This document shows, in pieces, positions 36,144 through 48,227 of a stretch of DNA of 64,000 bases. Position numbers and translations under genes: made by a program. Within the stretch, counting starts at the first letter, position 1, and the number at the start of each line of letters is the position of its first letter. The DNA comes from Nemertoderma westbladi (lineage: Eukaryota; Animalia; Xenacoelomorpha), in assembly GCA_032718475.1 (NCBI GenBank), contig JAUCBJ010006665.1, positions 28,953 through 92,952 on the forward strand. Reading direction: 5' to 3'. The notes under the pieces are model-generated. The model saw nothing but the letters and a program-made list of their open reading frames with translations. It had not been told where the DNA came from and did not search any database.

Positions 36144-37285
36144 ATACTACTACTACAGTACAACTAGGTCGAGCGAACTCAGACAGTGGAAATGAGATCC
36201 TTCCAGGCTTCCCGATTCTCCATAGTTGTCGCAATTTCGTTTCTCCCGAGTTCAGTATCCCTTTCAAGTTGATATATATGTTATTGCCGGTCGTCCACGA
36301 CTACGCTTTACATAAGTTGGTTGCCAGAAAAGTAGATCTGGTATGATCTCGTCTTTACTTCGCTAGCAGTGCCCACTTAATCTTAATCTGCGTTCACGGA
36401 GGGTAGTTGATACAGGTGGTATTCTACCATAAAGCTCGGCGTTTGTCATGTGTTGTCTCCAGCTGATATTTAGGGCTGCCCTTAGTAGTCTTGTGTAGCA
36501 ACCATCAATTCGTTGTTCAAGTGATTTAGACATTGTCCAGGTCTCACCCCCGTATAAAAATACACTTTCCACTGTGGCTCGAAAGAACTTAGTCTTCAGG
36601 TTCCTGGAGAGATCTGATTTCTAGATGGTATCCATTTTTGATACAGTAGAGCTATCCAAGCCTTTGCTTTCCTAACTTCTATGTCCTTTTTCGCTACTCT
36701 CTATCCATGATCCTAGGAACTGGAAGTCGTCGCCCTTCCTTAGTTGATTATTATCAATGGTTGTCAAGTTTCCATCCACATTAAATGTCATGAATTCGGT
36801 CTTGGTAGCATTTATATGCAATCCAACCTCCTTAACAGCCCTCTCCACTTTATTTTTAGTAGAAGCTGTGCATTTGCTAGCGTATTAGAGAGCAGGGCGA
36901 TGTCATCCGCAAAGTCGGTGTCTGTGACTGTAGTTGCCGGATATCTACTACTTCTGCGTTCTTGAAGTGTGAATCCCAGGTCTTCACCCTTTGTGCGTCC
37001 TTATTGCGTAATCCAGCACAATTACAAATAGTAATGGTGCTAATGTGTCACCTTGCAGTACGCCAGCAAGGATTGAGAAAAACTCAGTTTCACCATCTGG
37101 TGAGAGTACCTGCGCTTCTGTGTCACAATATAACAATCCAATGCCAACAACAATTAATTCTGGTATTCCATAAGCTCTTAGGATTTCAAGCATTTTACAT
37201 CTATGGATGGAGTCGAATGCCTTCTTGAAGTCCACAAAAGTCATGACTGCGGGGAGATCCTTTGACTTAATTCCTTCAATCAGGC
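36144..37285 (-). mobile_element. 5'-truncated RTE-clade LINE, degenerate RT
   Basis: FVDFKKAFDSIHR, GVLQGDTLAPLLF, DFADDIAL (about 36895-36918) and ESVFLYGGETW...RLRLSGHC. Short (GTA)n tail near 36144-36156. Confidence 0.9.
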
Positions 37286-38899
37286 TGGACCAACTCATCC
37301 TAACCAAAATATTATAACAATAAATAATTGAAATAATAATAAACCAAATACCTCAAAAAGCCATTTAAATAGGCCCTGGCTAGGCCGATAGCCAAAATAG
37401 GGCTCGATCGCTTCATGCCAACTATTATGAACATTTAGGACGACTCTCCCGCACGTCAAGATAACAGCCTTTTATTTTCAGTCGACAGATACTGTATTTC
37501 TTTTAATTCAGTAATTATTTAATTTTATTTCCATCAAACTTTTAACCCTTGACACATACCTATAGTATATCTTAATTTTTCTCGAATTTTATTCATATTT
37601 TTTTTGCTTACATAAGTTTATTTAAAATTTTTGTTTTCCCGGCTTTAAAATGCAATTGCGTAACTTGGCAGAATCTTCGAATACGCAATTGCAATGAATT
37701 TAGAAATATACTGTAAATTTCATGATTACATATACGTCATATGTTACCTGCAATCTTAATTAACTGATGCATTTTATCATAATGTTTTCATAATAGGTCG
37801 CCCTTATGCGGACACTACAAACTGTATTATGCATTATTTTTAAACTATGAAATTTGTAACTTTTTTTCTTCCATGTTCGAGGCATATATTTCTTGTTACT
37901 TTACGGTATGACTTTAATATTTATTTTTTTTTATCGAGTTTTATCTTTAATTAATTAATCTATTTTTTATTTATATTTTATTCCCGCCCTTAAATGCAAC
38001 TGCGTAACTTGCGAGCCATTGCGAAAAACAAAATGTTTATAATATCTGAATATGTAAGTATTTATCTTGGTGCAATGCAGACTGTATAACAGAACGTGTA
38101 TATATTTACATTACAGTACGTACGTAAATTACCTTCATATTGAAATTTAATTTTACTGTAATTTTGTCCTAATCATGGATTATCTTTATTTCTGTCATCT
38201 GTGTTTGTATGTTTGACTTTTGAGATATATTTTTATTGATACTGGCGTAATTAAACTAAACTAAACTAAACTAAACAGACACTGAGGCAGTCTGGCAGTC
38301 AGAATGTCAGGTTACAGCCTCAAATGTTTTAATAGAACGACACGATTAGGGGACAGGTTAGGTTAGTTGTAGGGTAGGTGGTGTGTGTGGGGAGGGGGGG
38401 TTACAAGATTGATGTACACGGTGTTATAGGCCTATAGTTATATAGTTAATATTTAATGCAATGTCATCGAGTATACTTTATTCTGTCATTACAGCATTAG
38501 GCAGTTAGGGCCGTGCAATATTCCATATTCTGATATTCCTGTATTCTGTCACTTTACTGCTTTACACTTTATAGGCCTACTATGTAAATATTTACTAATT
38601 AGTATTCTTAGGTAGTTCTCCTACATACTAGGCCTATGTAAATAATAACGGTACCTACCTGGTACCTACCTAACTATAATTTAACTTAAATGTGATATAT
38701 GTAACGTAACATTTATGTAATTACTTCAAGTAACTGTATCGTCCTTGATAAGGAGACAAGATCTCGAAATCGATCGGAACAAATATCTTTTTAGATACAA
38801 GGGGAGTCCCCAGTGGTGAACCTATCTTTCTTAACAGGTTACAGCCTGACAGCAGTACAGTATAAATACCAGTCCAGTATGCAGTACCGGTGCACACTA

Positions 38900-39358
38900 C
38901 ACAGTACAGCAGAATACAGGAATAGGCTGATAGGTCTGTAGGTGCGGGTGCGAGGGCCCTGGAGCTGAAACCGCCTCTTCTCATCTTGTACACTGGTACA
39001 TTCTGACATTTGAGAATTGACATAGGCCTAGTTAAGTTTTATATCATTTGTTCTTCGTTCCACTCGCGAATTTTTCCATACACGTACACGAGGTACGGCC
39101 ACGGCAGCACGAGCTGACGAGTCTAACGGTACGGCAGTACGCGGTACAGGTCTAGTTCGCTCGGTTTGTTGTTCGTCGGTGTGAGGTGTGACCTGGTGAC
39201 TGTGACTGAGAGACAAACTCACAGACTGCAGTCTCAGCGCTGCAAGTGAGTCGGACCTCGGTTTTGCGGTTGGTGCTGGTGGTTGGTATAAAGTGTAAAG
39301 CTGTAAAGACAGAAAGATAAACAGATAACTGGATAATCTAGCTGTCTAGGCCTATATC
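38900..39358. promoter_or_regulatory. CpG-enriched region upstream of RBM42, candidate bidirectional promoter for RBM42 and AdipoR
   Basis: Local CpG enrichment at 39060-39270 against an AT-rich background, divergent gene orientation, and a minus-strand donor-like gtgagt at about 39216-39221. Confidence 0.4.
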
Positions 39359-40840
39359 ATGTCGAACTTAATCGATGAAATGAGTCGGTTTGAAGACGAG
39401 ATTTACGGAGACAGCGATGCCATTAAAACTGAACCTCCCATAGGGAGCGACGCCTCGCATCGGGATAATTCCGGTCCGCAGTCCGACAGTCTGAACCGTG
39501 TTATCGGCCCCTTCGCCCCTCCACCCCCTCCGCCCCCTGCCGCCCCCTCCAACCCGCCCATGTTTGTGCCGCACCAACTGCGCCCCAGGGGACACATTCC
39601 CCCGCCCCCTCCGAGGGGGAACTTCTCCGCCCGGCTCAATAGACCCGCCCACCCAGGTGGTCCCCCGCAGTTTTACCCCAGGGATTCTCCGGGTTTTCAT
39701 CCCCCTTTCCGCCCCCCCGGGCCACCTTCATACCCCGACCGCTACCACCAGCCCCCCAGACTACTGCGCCCCCCTGGCCCACCCCCTGACAGACTGTCCT
39801 ACTCCCAGATGCTCAGCTCCAAGCCGGCGGCCACACCCGGAGTCTTTAAAGCCCATAGAGAAGGTCCCGTCATCGAAAGTAAACCGCTAACTTACTCCTC
39901 GAAGAAATCCCAACCAGTTTCTGTAGCAACGGAAAGTCGACCGACACTAAAAACCGATCAACAAAAAGCTTTTAGGATAAAAGAAGATAAACAGGTAAAA
40001 GAAGATGCTGTTTCGGATTCATTAAAAGATTTCTACGATGAGTTAGAGAAATCAGAAGAGAAAGTTCGTAAGAAAAAGAAAAAGGGTAAAAAGAAAGACG
40101 AATCTATTGTCGATGTAGTTATGGACGATTCTACTGTGACAAAGGAAACACAGCCAGTTGGTTCTACAGATCAGTCTGGGTCTGGTACTAACCCATCTGT
40201 GTCGACCAGTAACCCGTCAGCATCAGCTTCTTCCTCTTACAACCAACCAGTAAACATAATCACCAACCAGCCGTTGTTCCCCCCTAACTTCCCCTTCCCC
40301 CCGGCTCCCTCGTTCCCTCTTCCTTACGCCGCCCCCTCCACGACCGCTCCCGTTGCCTTCCACCCCCACTCGGCCGCCATTCTCGCCCACATGGCGGCCT
40401 ACGGTATTTCGGCCCCCCAACCCGCCCCCGCCAACGACCCGCCTACCAAGGGGGCCAAGAAGAAAAAACTAATGAAGCGAACAGCCGGAGGCCAGGTCTG
40501 GGAGGACATGTCCCTCACGGAATGGGACGTCAACGACTTCCGTATCTTCTGTGGGGACCTCGGTAATGACGTTTCCGATGATACCCTCGCTAAAGCCTTC
40601 AACTGCTACCCCTCCTTCCTCAAGGCCAAGGTCGTCCGGGATAAAAAGTCTCACAAGTCAAAAGGTTTCGGCTTCGTTTCGTTTAAAGACCCAAACGATT
40701 TCGTAAAGGCAATGCGAGAGAAGAATGGTATTTACGTGGGAACTCGGCCGTTGAAGTTGCGGCGCTCCACCTGGAAGGAACGAAACTTGGACGTATCGAA
40801 AAGAAAAGAAAGAGATAAGAAACGGTTGGGTCTCAAGTAA
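39359..40840 (+). CDS. RBM42: RNA-binding protein 42 (tri-snRNP-associated RRM protein), intronless CDS
   Basis: 493-aa ORF with a Pro-rich N-terminus and RTAGGQVWED...DFRIFCGDLGNDVSDDTLAKAF...KSKGFGFVSF...YVGTRPLKLRRSTWKERN...KRLGLK, which matches the RBM42 C-terminal RRM. Confidence 0.95.
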   Translation: MSNLIDEMSRFEDEIYGDSDAIKTEPPIGSDASHRDNSGPQSDSLNRVIGPFAPPPPPPPAAPSNPPMFVPHQLRPRGHIPPPPPRGNFSARLNRPAHPGGPPQFYPRDSPGFHPPFRPPGPPSYPDRYHQPPRLLRPPGPPPDRLSYSQMLSSKPAATPGVFKAHREGPVIESKPLTYSSKKSQPVSVATESRPTLKTDQQKAFRIKEDKQVKEDAVSDSLKDFYDELEKSEEKVRKKKKKGKKKDESIVDVVMDDSTVTKETQPVGSTDQSGSGTNPSVSTSNPSASASSSYNQPVNIITNQPLFPPNFPFPPAPSFPLPYAAPSTTAPVAFHPHSAAILAHMAAYGISAPQPAPANDPPTKGAKKKKLMKRTAGGQVWEDMSLTEWDVNDFRIFCGDLGNDVSDDTLAKAFNCYPSFLKAKVVRDKKSHKSKGFGFVSFKDPNDFVKAMREKNGIYVGTRPLKLRRSTWKERNLDVSKRKERDKKRLGLK

Positions 40841-41672
40841 TCAGTTTGGCAATATATTTTCGATCTTTTCTGTCTATATTGGTTATATTGTATTGGTTAT
40901 ATAATTATAAAGTGTTGTTTTATGTGATAATTGTAAATTTAATGGAAAACTAAAATACTGCTTCATCTCTATGGACTGATTTTTCTCCATACCTCAAAAA
41001 CACATTAACTTTCACCATGCGTGCACCACCGCACATACAGAACATAAATCTATATGATATTTTAGGGTGTATCACTCACTGCCACTCCCCGAAACAATAC
41101 CCCTCCACACTTCAACGCGGGCCATGCAGCACGCCGATTTTAGTAGTAATATTGGAGAGTCATGTATATATATTTTGATCTACAGTGGTAACATTTTATT
41201 CATTGAAGCCACCGTAGAAATATTGCATAAAACATTGTTTGTACAGTGTCAATTTGACTTATATTTATCAATATTACGGGGTAATTTTACAAAGAATATA
41301 ATATAGTTTTCAACTAAATAATATTGTGATAGGAAACATACGTGTTACATTCCATCTTAGAATTACCAATATCGTTATTTGTGCAAATAAATAAAATATA
41401 CAAATGCCGGAACAACAAGTTAATGATTATACGTTAAAGACTAAGTTGATGTAGTTATAAGTTAATGATTTTAACGAACAGTGAACGGCGAACTAATTAA
41501 CATTGAGATACAGAGTATACTTTATTAACCTACTATACTGCACTGTACATACTTTATTGTTTCAAAGTTACCTAAACATTTATAGTTATTATACACAATA
41601 TACATTACTACATAGCATATTTTATATTTCGGCATATACAACATAAAATATTGTGAATTCGACATATTTTAT

Positions 41673-42449
41673 TCACAAAGACAGCGGGAAGGTATTACCA
41701 AGTGGAGACAATGGTACAAGAGAAAGAGTTGTCCCATCTTTACTGGAGGTAGAGGGACATCTTTGGCTCTGTGTGGATGATCTCGTGTACAAGGTGGTTC
41801 CGTACTTGGTCGGCGATGACGCTGAGCTGCGTCGTACAGTGCTCCGCTTCGCTAAAAATCTTTTGTAACATTGTAAGTATGGCTGAAGGAACATACTACG
41901 GAACTGTCCGTAACAGCATATATAAACAAGTAAGTTAATAGAGCTGTTGATGATTGCACACGAGTCGCTGAAATTCATCCAGAAACTATAGGGATGAGTA
42001 AATATTGAACCTTGTAAAGGCCCACCTTCTCCTTCTATATACCTTTTAACCATGTCGATTGCCTCAATACAATTTGGCGCGAGTAAAACTATGTATATGA
42101 TGGTTGTTGCGATTATTACTCTGTTCATTCGGGTGTGGTGCACGTTGCCTTCACGGTTGTGCGTCCATCTGCGACGATGCATCGCTAGACTCGTGACCGA
42201 AACGCAAGTAAAGAGAATGATAAGGATGAAGGGCAGAATGCGTACGAGTATTAGAGATTTCAGTTGGAGCGAGATCATGATGTTCTTCTCGTAGAACTCG
42301 TAATCTAAGCTTATCCAATCGTAAAGCGTACAGTAGTAGCGGAGCGGTTGAATATTGTCCAGTAGTTCGACGCCGCGATGTACCATAATGTCGAGGACGC
42401 TGAGAAAGAAGCTGATGACAGCGATCCCAGTTAAAAACCAAATGATTGG
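41673..42449 (-). CDS. Class A GPCR (FMRFamide/peptide-receptor-like), last exon, TM4-TM7 and tail
   Basis: Acceptor tctttcag at 42450-42457. Hydrophobic helices, TM5 LPFILI, TM6 LLAPN, TM7 NSSINLLVY, helix 8 QFR, Ser/Thr-rich tail. Confidence 0.9.
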   Translation of the reverse strand, partial: PIIWFLTGIAVISFFLSVLDIMVHRGVELLDNIQPLRYYCTLYDWISLDYEFYEKNIMISLQLKSLILVRILPFILIILFTCVSVTSLAMHRRRWTHNREGNVHHTRMNRVIIATTIIYIVLLAPNCIEAIDMVKRYIEGEGGPLQGSIFTHPYSFWMNFSDSCAIINSSINLLVYICCYGQFRSMFLQPYLQCYKRFLAKRSTVRRSSASSPTKYGTTLYTRSSTQSQRCPSTSSKDGTTLSLVPLSPLGNTFPLSL

Positions 42450-44042
42450 CTGAAAGATAAAAATCATAAAAACTATTTTAAATTATGTATGGGAGACTCA
42501 AAACTTATTTAGTGAATGCCTACCACCGCTCTGTTCACCTTGTTAATTTTGTGGTATACGTATCAGAACCAATAGACCAATCAGAAACGTATTAAACAAT
42601 GCAGTTTATAGTGATTGGATTGTCCACCTTTTTCAAGTTTTCGCTTTCTTAATTACATAATTTGGAATAAGATGTGTGTTTGAAAAAGGTGGACTAGACT
42701 CTGGACACAGGCACATAAAACATAGATAATAAGTCTGACCAATCAGAATCGGTTTAAGCAATATGCTGTTTTGTAGTGATTCATGTACTGTTCACCTTTT
42801 ACAGGTTTCAATTATCTATCTATAATCGGCATGCTGGAAGCAGCTGCATTAAGAATGCTATGCCGGGTAAAATTGCGCGGCCACAACTCACTATCACCCT
42901 TGACTTTCGCGAGATTATCCGCAACTTTAAGAACAGTGTCTTTTAAGAGGCGTCTCAAGAAAGTCGAGACAGGGGGGGGGGGGGGGGGGGGGGGTAACTG
43001 GAAGCAAAACCAGCCTTAGCGAATTAATATCTCGCCTCAATGTTAAATTCTCAATTTAGGGAAAGGAGCAGGTTACAGTGGAACGAGATTTTAACCAAAA
43101 CAATAAACTAAACACAATAGAACAGGTTATAGTTTTATTTTTGCTCGTAAACAGCTGTTATTTGCGTCCAATTTCCCCTGGATAGCTGATGAATTATTAT
43201 TGCGTCCAGATTCCCCCTTTCTTTTATTTAGTCAACTGTTGTACTGTAATAAATAATATTCTGAAATTCAATAGTAAAATGACATCAAACTATTAATACT
43301 CGTCAAAATCGTCATTATTAGAAATAAAACTACATAGGGGGCCTATTGTACAATAAATAAAATACTTAATTTACCTTTTCACGCCTCGATCCGACTTGTT
43401 TACCTCCCTCACGGCGTTCGATCGTTTAATAACAGATATCACGAACGGTAAATAAAGCATATTATATTTACCGTACCGTAGAATACGTTATAATATTAAC
43501 GTTACAATATTGATGCTAAGGCTCAGCTCACAAACTTCGTGGCTCGCCACATATTATTTAACTCCTTGGACAACCTCGATAGGCCACATTAAGTATGGGA
43601 TAATAAAAACAATAATCCATAAATACATTCTCTAAATTTTGAAAAACGTGGACAGAGCTGCTATAATGTGCAAATCAATCTGATTGGCCAATTCAATGCC
43701 AGTTTTTCTCAACCCAGTCCACCTTTTTCAAATTTGAAAAAGGTAAACAACAAAGCTGAAAAGGGTGGACATGCTGTGTGACGCAACTCGCCCGCGATTG
43801 GTCTGCCCATTCTCCATGTTTTCTGAGTCCAGTCCACCTTTTTCAAACTCCCCCATAAATACCAATTATTTCAATATATTATGGACAATGGTATAATTTA
43901 CGCAGGTGGTTCTTATTAAACCGATTCCACTGTAAATCAGTGAGTAACAATAGTTTCTGGTGTAGGCCTACTGTAAGTAATAATGCTGGAAGTAATTAAG
44001 GTGCTGGTGTTGATATGAAGAAATAATAATAAAGTTAGTTAA

Positions 44043-45137
44043 CCCTTTCACTACTGATTCAAGATTGTATGTGTTCCCCACGTACTGATGTCTGTCGGTC
44101 TTTCTGTCAGTTTGTCTGTCAAGACTTAAGAAAGAATTAAATCTACTAACATTCTCGCTTTGGGGGTTTTAAGGGTTGGTGATTTCATTTCTGATGTCAG
44201 TTTTTACGACTGACCAACTCTAGGCTGTCTGTGTCTGTATGTATGTCTGTTTGTCTGTCAGTCTGTCTGTCAAAAAATAAGGTAGCATATTATGTAATAA
44301 AAACATTCGCTATGGGGTTTTCTAGGTCTCTGATTTCATTTCTGATGTCCTTTTTTACGACTGACCAACTCTAGGCTGACTGTGTCTGTATGTATGTATG
44401 TTTGTCTGTCAGTCTGTTTGTCAAAAAATAAGGAAGCATATTATGTAATAAAAACATTCGCTATGGGGGTTTTCTAGGTCTCTGATTTCATTTCTGATGT
44501 CAGTTTTTACGACTGACCAACTCTAGGCTGTCTGTGTCTGTATGTATGTCTGTTTGTCTATCAGTCTGTCTGTCAAAAAATAAGGAAGCATATTATGTCA
44601 CACAGTGTGTCGTGAGTCGAGCCAGGCGTGAAAACTGACATCAGAAATGAAATCAGAGACCTGGAAAACCCCCACTTATTTTTTGACAGACAGACTGACA
44701 GACAGACAAACAGATATACAGATATACAGACATACATACAGACACAGACAGCCTAGAGTTGGTCAGTCGTAAAAACTGACATCAGAAATGAAATCAGAGA
44801 CCTGGAAAACCCCCATGGCGAATGTTTTCATTACATAATATGCTTCCTTATTTTTTGACAGACAGACTGACAGACATTTTATTACCAGTACCAGCAGGCC
44901 TTTATATTCCATTATACTTACTGCTCTACAGCCCTACCAAAAACCAAAACAACCAATTAAAATTTGAAATTACCACTTAATTTTGTTATGAGGAAGAGTA
45001 CTGAACATGTAATGGGTGTGTCAGCTATCAGACTGACATGATTATGTGGCCATAGAGCTCCTAGTACTTCGTGGCATAACACCTAGGCCATAGTACAGTA
45101 GGTGTGACCTAACTGTTATGCCATAGTAGTGAAAGGG
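44043..45137. mobile_element. piggyBac-type MITE
   Basis: TTAA-ccctttcactact ... agtagtgaaaggg-TTAA. The interior has ~152-bp tandem repeats (44100-44600) and inverted copies (44630-44875). Confidence 0.88.
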
Positions 45138-45719
45138 TTAAGGTCAGGGAGGAAATCCGTGGTCGTTGCTATGCGGTTATTGATTGTTTATATCAGTTGC
45201 TAGGATATACCATAGGATAATCAATAATTTTACGAGATCCTACTCCTTTATAAGAGACATGTCATATTTTTTCGGTTATACTTAGTACTACATGTACACA
45301 ATCTGCAGTTTTTTTTCCACTGAACCTTGTATTTCAGTACTGTATACTGTATAGTAAATGTTTTGTGTGATGTTATCAATTTTCCTTCCGATTAATGCCC
45401 AACCAAACTGGCATCTTTGATTTTATGACATTATTGCTATTAAAAAAAGTCTTCAGGAATGGTTTATATCTTGCATCCACTAACTGTCCTATATTTTGGC
45501 AGAAAATTGACCACTGAAAATGAACGAATTGTCCATTATTCTATATTTTCTATTGCAGACAAATTCATAATGTAAATGCGACATAATCTTATGTGGCGTC
45601 AGTACAGTAGCTCATTTGGAGAAAGTTTTGAGCTTTTAAATAATTATTTTTACAGTTTACTTATTTTATATTTAAGTATTTATCAAATTACCTCAACTAC
45701 TTTACTATTTATAAATCCG

Positions 45720-46445
45720 ATGGCTATCCTTAACAGCTGTTGTTGCGGCTGCAGCCTGCGAAAAGGTTCACTTATCTGCGTTTGGTTCACAATAATATCC
45801 ATGGCACTTCTCCTCGCCTACCACGCATGGTATTTAAACATCGCTATTGGACTCATACAACTCGCTGGAGTTTACGCTATGATTGGAATAAATGTCTACG
45901 CGTTGGTTGGCTTCCAAGCTATCAACTGCATCCTCTGTGTCGTCATGATCATTGTATCTGTGTTAGTAATCTTCGCTATTGATAAAATGAACAAAGGCCT
46001 TCTTATACCGTGGGTCATCTGCTCTTGTATCACCATGGCGTTTGGTTTCATTGAACTTTGCTATTATTGGTCCAACTATTTACTTCACATCGGATTTGGC
46101 GTGTCCATCATTGCTTTCTGGCTTCTCGATATCTACTGCATTCTCATCGTAGTCAGCCTTTACCAAGAGTTCGCCGCTGGAAGGGACGGCCGAGATAACC
46201 GACTGGCTCCCATGGCTATGAGTGGTTACTATGGTAACCAACAGACCGGACAGGTCGCGCCTCCAGCGCCGGGATATGGGCAGCCAGCGGGTCAGGTCTA
46301 CCCCCCAGGTCAGCCATACCCCCCGGGACAGGCATACCCCCCGGGGCAGGCCTACCCCCCGGGACAGGTCTACCCAGGTAATCAAGCTCAGTTGCAGAAA
46401 GTTGACGGCCCACCCCAACAACAACCACCCGGATATGCGACCTGA
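45720..46445 (+). CDS. LAPTM-like four-transmembrane protein, nested antisense in a GPCR intron
   Basis: Likely start MAILNSCCCGCSLRKGSLI, four hydrophobic segments, LLIPW motif, SLYQE, then a YPPGQ-repeat tail ending PPGY. The ORF-track extension to 45576 is AT-rich and probably UTR. Confidence 0.8.
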   Translation: MAILNSCCCGCSLRKGSLICVWFTIISMALLLAYHAWYLNIAIGLIQLAGVYAMIGINVYALVGFQAINCILCVVMIIVSVLVIFAIDKMNKGLLIPWVICSCITMAFGFIELCYYWSNYLLHIGFGVSIIAFWLLDIYCILIVVSLYQEFAAGRDGRDNRLAPMAMSGYYGNQQTGQVAPPAPGYGQPAGQVYPPGQPYPPGQAYPPGQAYPPGQVYPGNQAQLQKVDGPPQQQPPGYAT

Positions 46446-47199
46446 GATAATCACGCACATTGAGTCATTCAATCAACTTCTAATTCTTGTTTACGAATAT
46501 CACAAAAATTATCGACTACAGTACATTATATTGCATTTTATATCAGTTAGTGTGTATTGCTAATGAGTGCTTCTTGTCTTGGATTTGTAAAATGTAGTTA
46601 GATAGTTTCCAAGAAGGCCTATTTTATTTATCCTTATAAAAAAACCGCATCAGAAACATTACTTCGGTAGTCGGTACGGTATAACTCCTACCTTCGGAGA
46701 GCACCTATCGAAAGAAGAGACTTCTGTTCGCCCCCGGCCTCCGCCGACTGTTTGCTTTGCTTTGCGTTTTTTTATGTTTTATATTATTTGTTTAGAATTA
46801 CAAATACATCAATATCTTAATATTTATATTGGGACCACCACTGGTATATACAGCTGAACCCATTGGATTCAGTTTATTTATCAGTTAATGGAAAGGGGTA
46901 GGCCTATTGTAACAGTTAAGTGACAGTATTATTGAGATTTATAAACAAAACTATAATAAAAAATTATGAAAACATTTTTTTAATCACTGACTTGCTCGAT
47001 ACAGTAGGCCTACTGTAAGGCCTACAGTACAGTTAGGAAACATACAATGGTACATTTACACTCAAGTTTTTAGTTAAAAGTCGATTTTCCCTTCAGAATG
47101 TACCAGCATGAAGTAAAGTAATGTGAAGTTGATGTAATTAAAAGTACTGTACAGTAGGCCTACTCATACTGTAAATTATGTTATACCAGTCTACTCAAC

Positions 47200-47449
47200 C
47201 TTTCTACTGGAGAGCCTTGCACGGTGTTGTAAAGGTGTTGCTATGGCGACAGCTCGGTCCATGGCCAATAAGACAACGATCCAACTGCTGGACATGCGAG
47301 ACCACTCCTTCCAGACTGGGACCACGAAACAGTCCATCGTGACCAACGCCCGACTAGTCTGGTATTCTCGAGCCCAAGTGTAAACAGCATTTTGGTAGAA
47401 AAAGTACATCAACACTAGAGCGTCCGCCACCGCAAGGTTAATGATGCAC
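47200..47449 (-). CDS. Class A GPCR exon 3, TM2-TM3
   Basis: CIINLAVADAL...DC...SSSWIVVLLAMDRAVAIATPL...SRK (LAxAD and DRY-like motifs). Bounded by ag and gttgag; phase 2 in, phase 0 out. Confidence 0.9.
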
Positions 47450-48227
47450 CTAAGTTGATGATTTACAAAAGTTAAACTACTACTATGTGGCACTAATTAA
47501 TATTATTCATTATACATCAATTACCGAGGCACGAATACCACCTGAGTAGCCACCACTCTTAATTTTATAAGAATACAATACATTTATAAGTGTATACAGT
47601 AGGCCTAAAGTATAAGTAGGCGAGGATCCTAATAATCACTAAATCAAAATTAATCGATAAAAATCTTGTTGATATCAAAGAACAGTAAATAAAATTATAA
47701 TGCAATTATGAAAAGTATTAATTACAATTATGAATTCATAATTTAAATTAAATTCCATTATAAGAACAAAAAATTACTGCTCTAGCGTAAGAATAATTAT
47801 AGTTGCTAAGTAAAATTATGCCTGCCTACTGTACATACTGTATATACAGTAACATAGGCCAGGCATATACACTATACACTATACAGGGCAGACTGGTACT
47901 GGTTCTTTTTTTAAACAAAAAAATAGAGTATACTAGTATACAATATTACCAATTTGAGGCTTATATTTTGGGCCAATATAATTTTGAATAGTAACAATGC
48001 TACATTTAGTAGGACCAGATGGTCAAATTCCGCACATAATTTTCCCTAATGTCTTTATACTGTACTTCATTGCTTTGTATATTTGCCAAAAAGTGCAGCT
48101 TTGAATTTCAGGTCAGTGCGGTTGCAGCATTGGATTTACTTGCATGTAGCCAAGTAGGATGGGTGTTTCCTGAATCTACACATAAAGGCCTAGGCGATAA
48201 TGTGCCATATATGCAGATTTTGTTTAC

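Noticed and set aside
39368-40654. Antisense and alternate-frame ORFs over RBM42
   Set aside because: Shadows of Pro-rich, C-rich coding sequence.
45576-45719. 48-aa N-terminal extension of the nested ORF
   Set aside because: AT-rich and UTR-like. The family-type CCC motif follows the second Met at 45720.
47525-47557. Possible 17- or 33-nt GPCR microexon with a gtaatt donor
   Set aside because: Exon 62802-62920 already joins 47449 in phase with normal TM1-TM2 spacing. The 17-nt form is out of phase and the 33-nt form would insert into the start of TM2.
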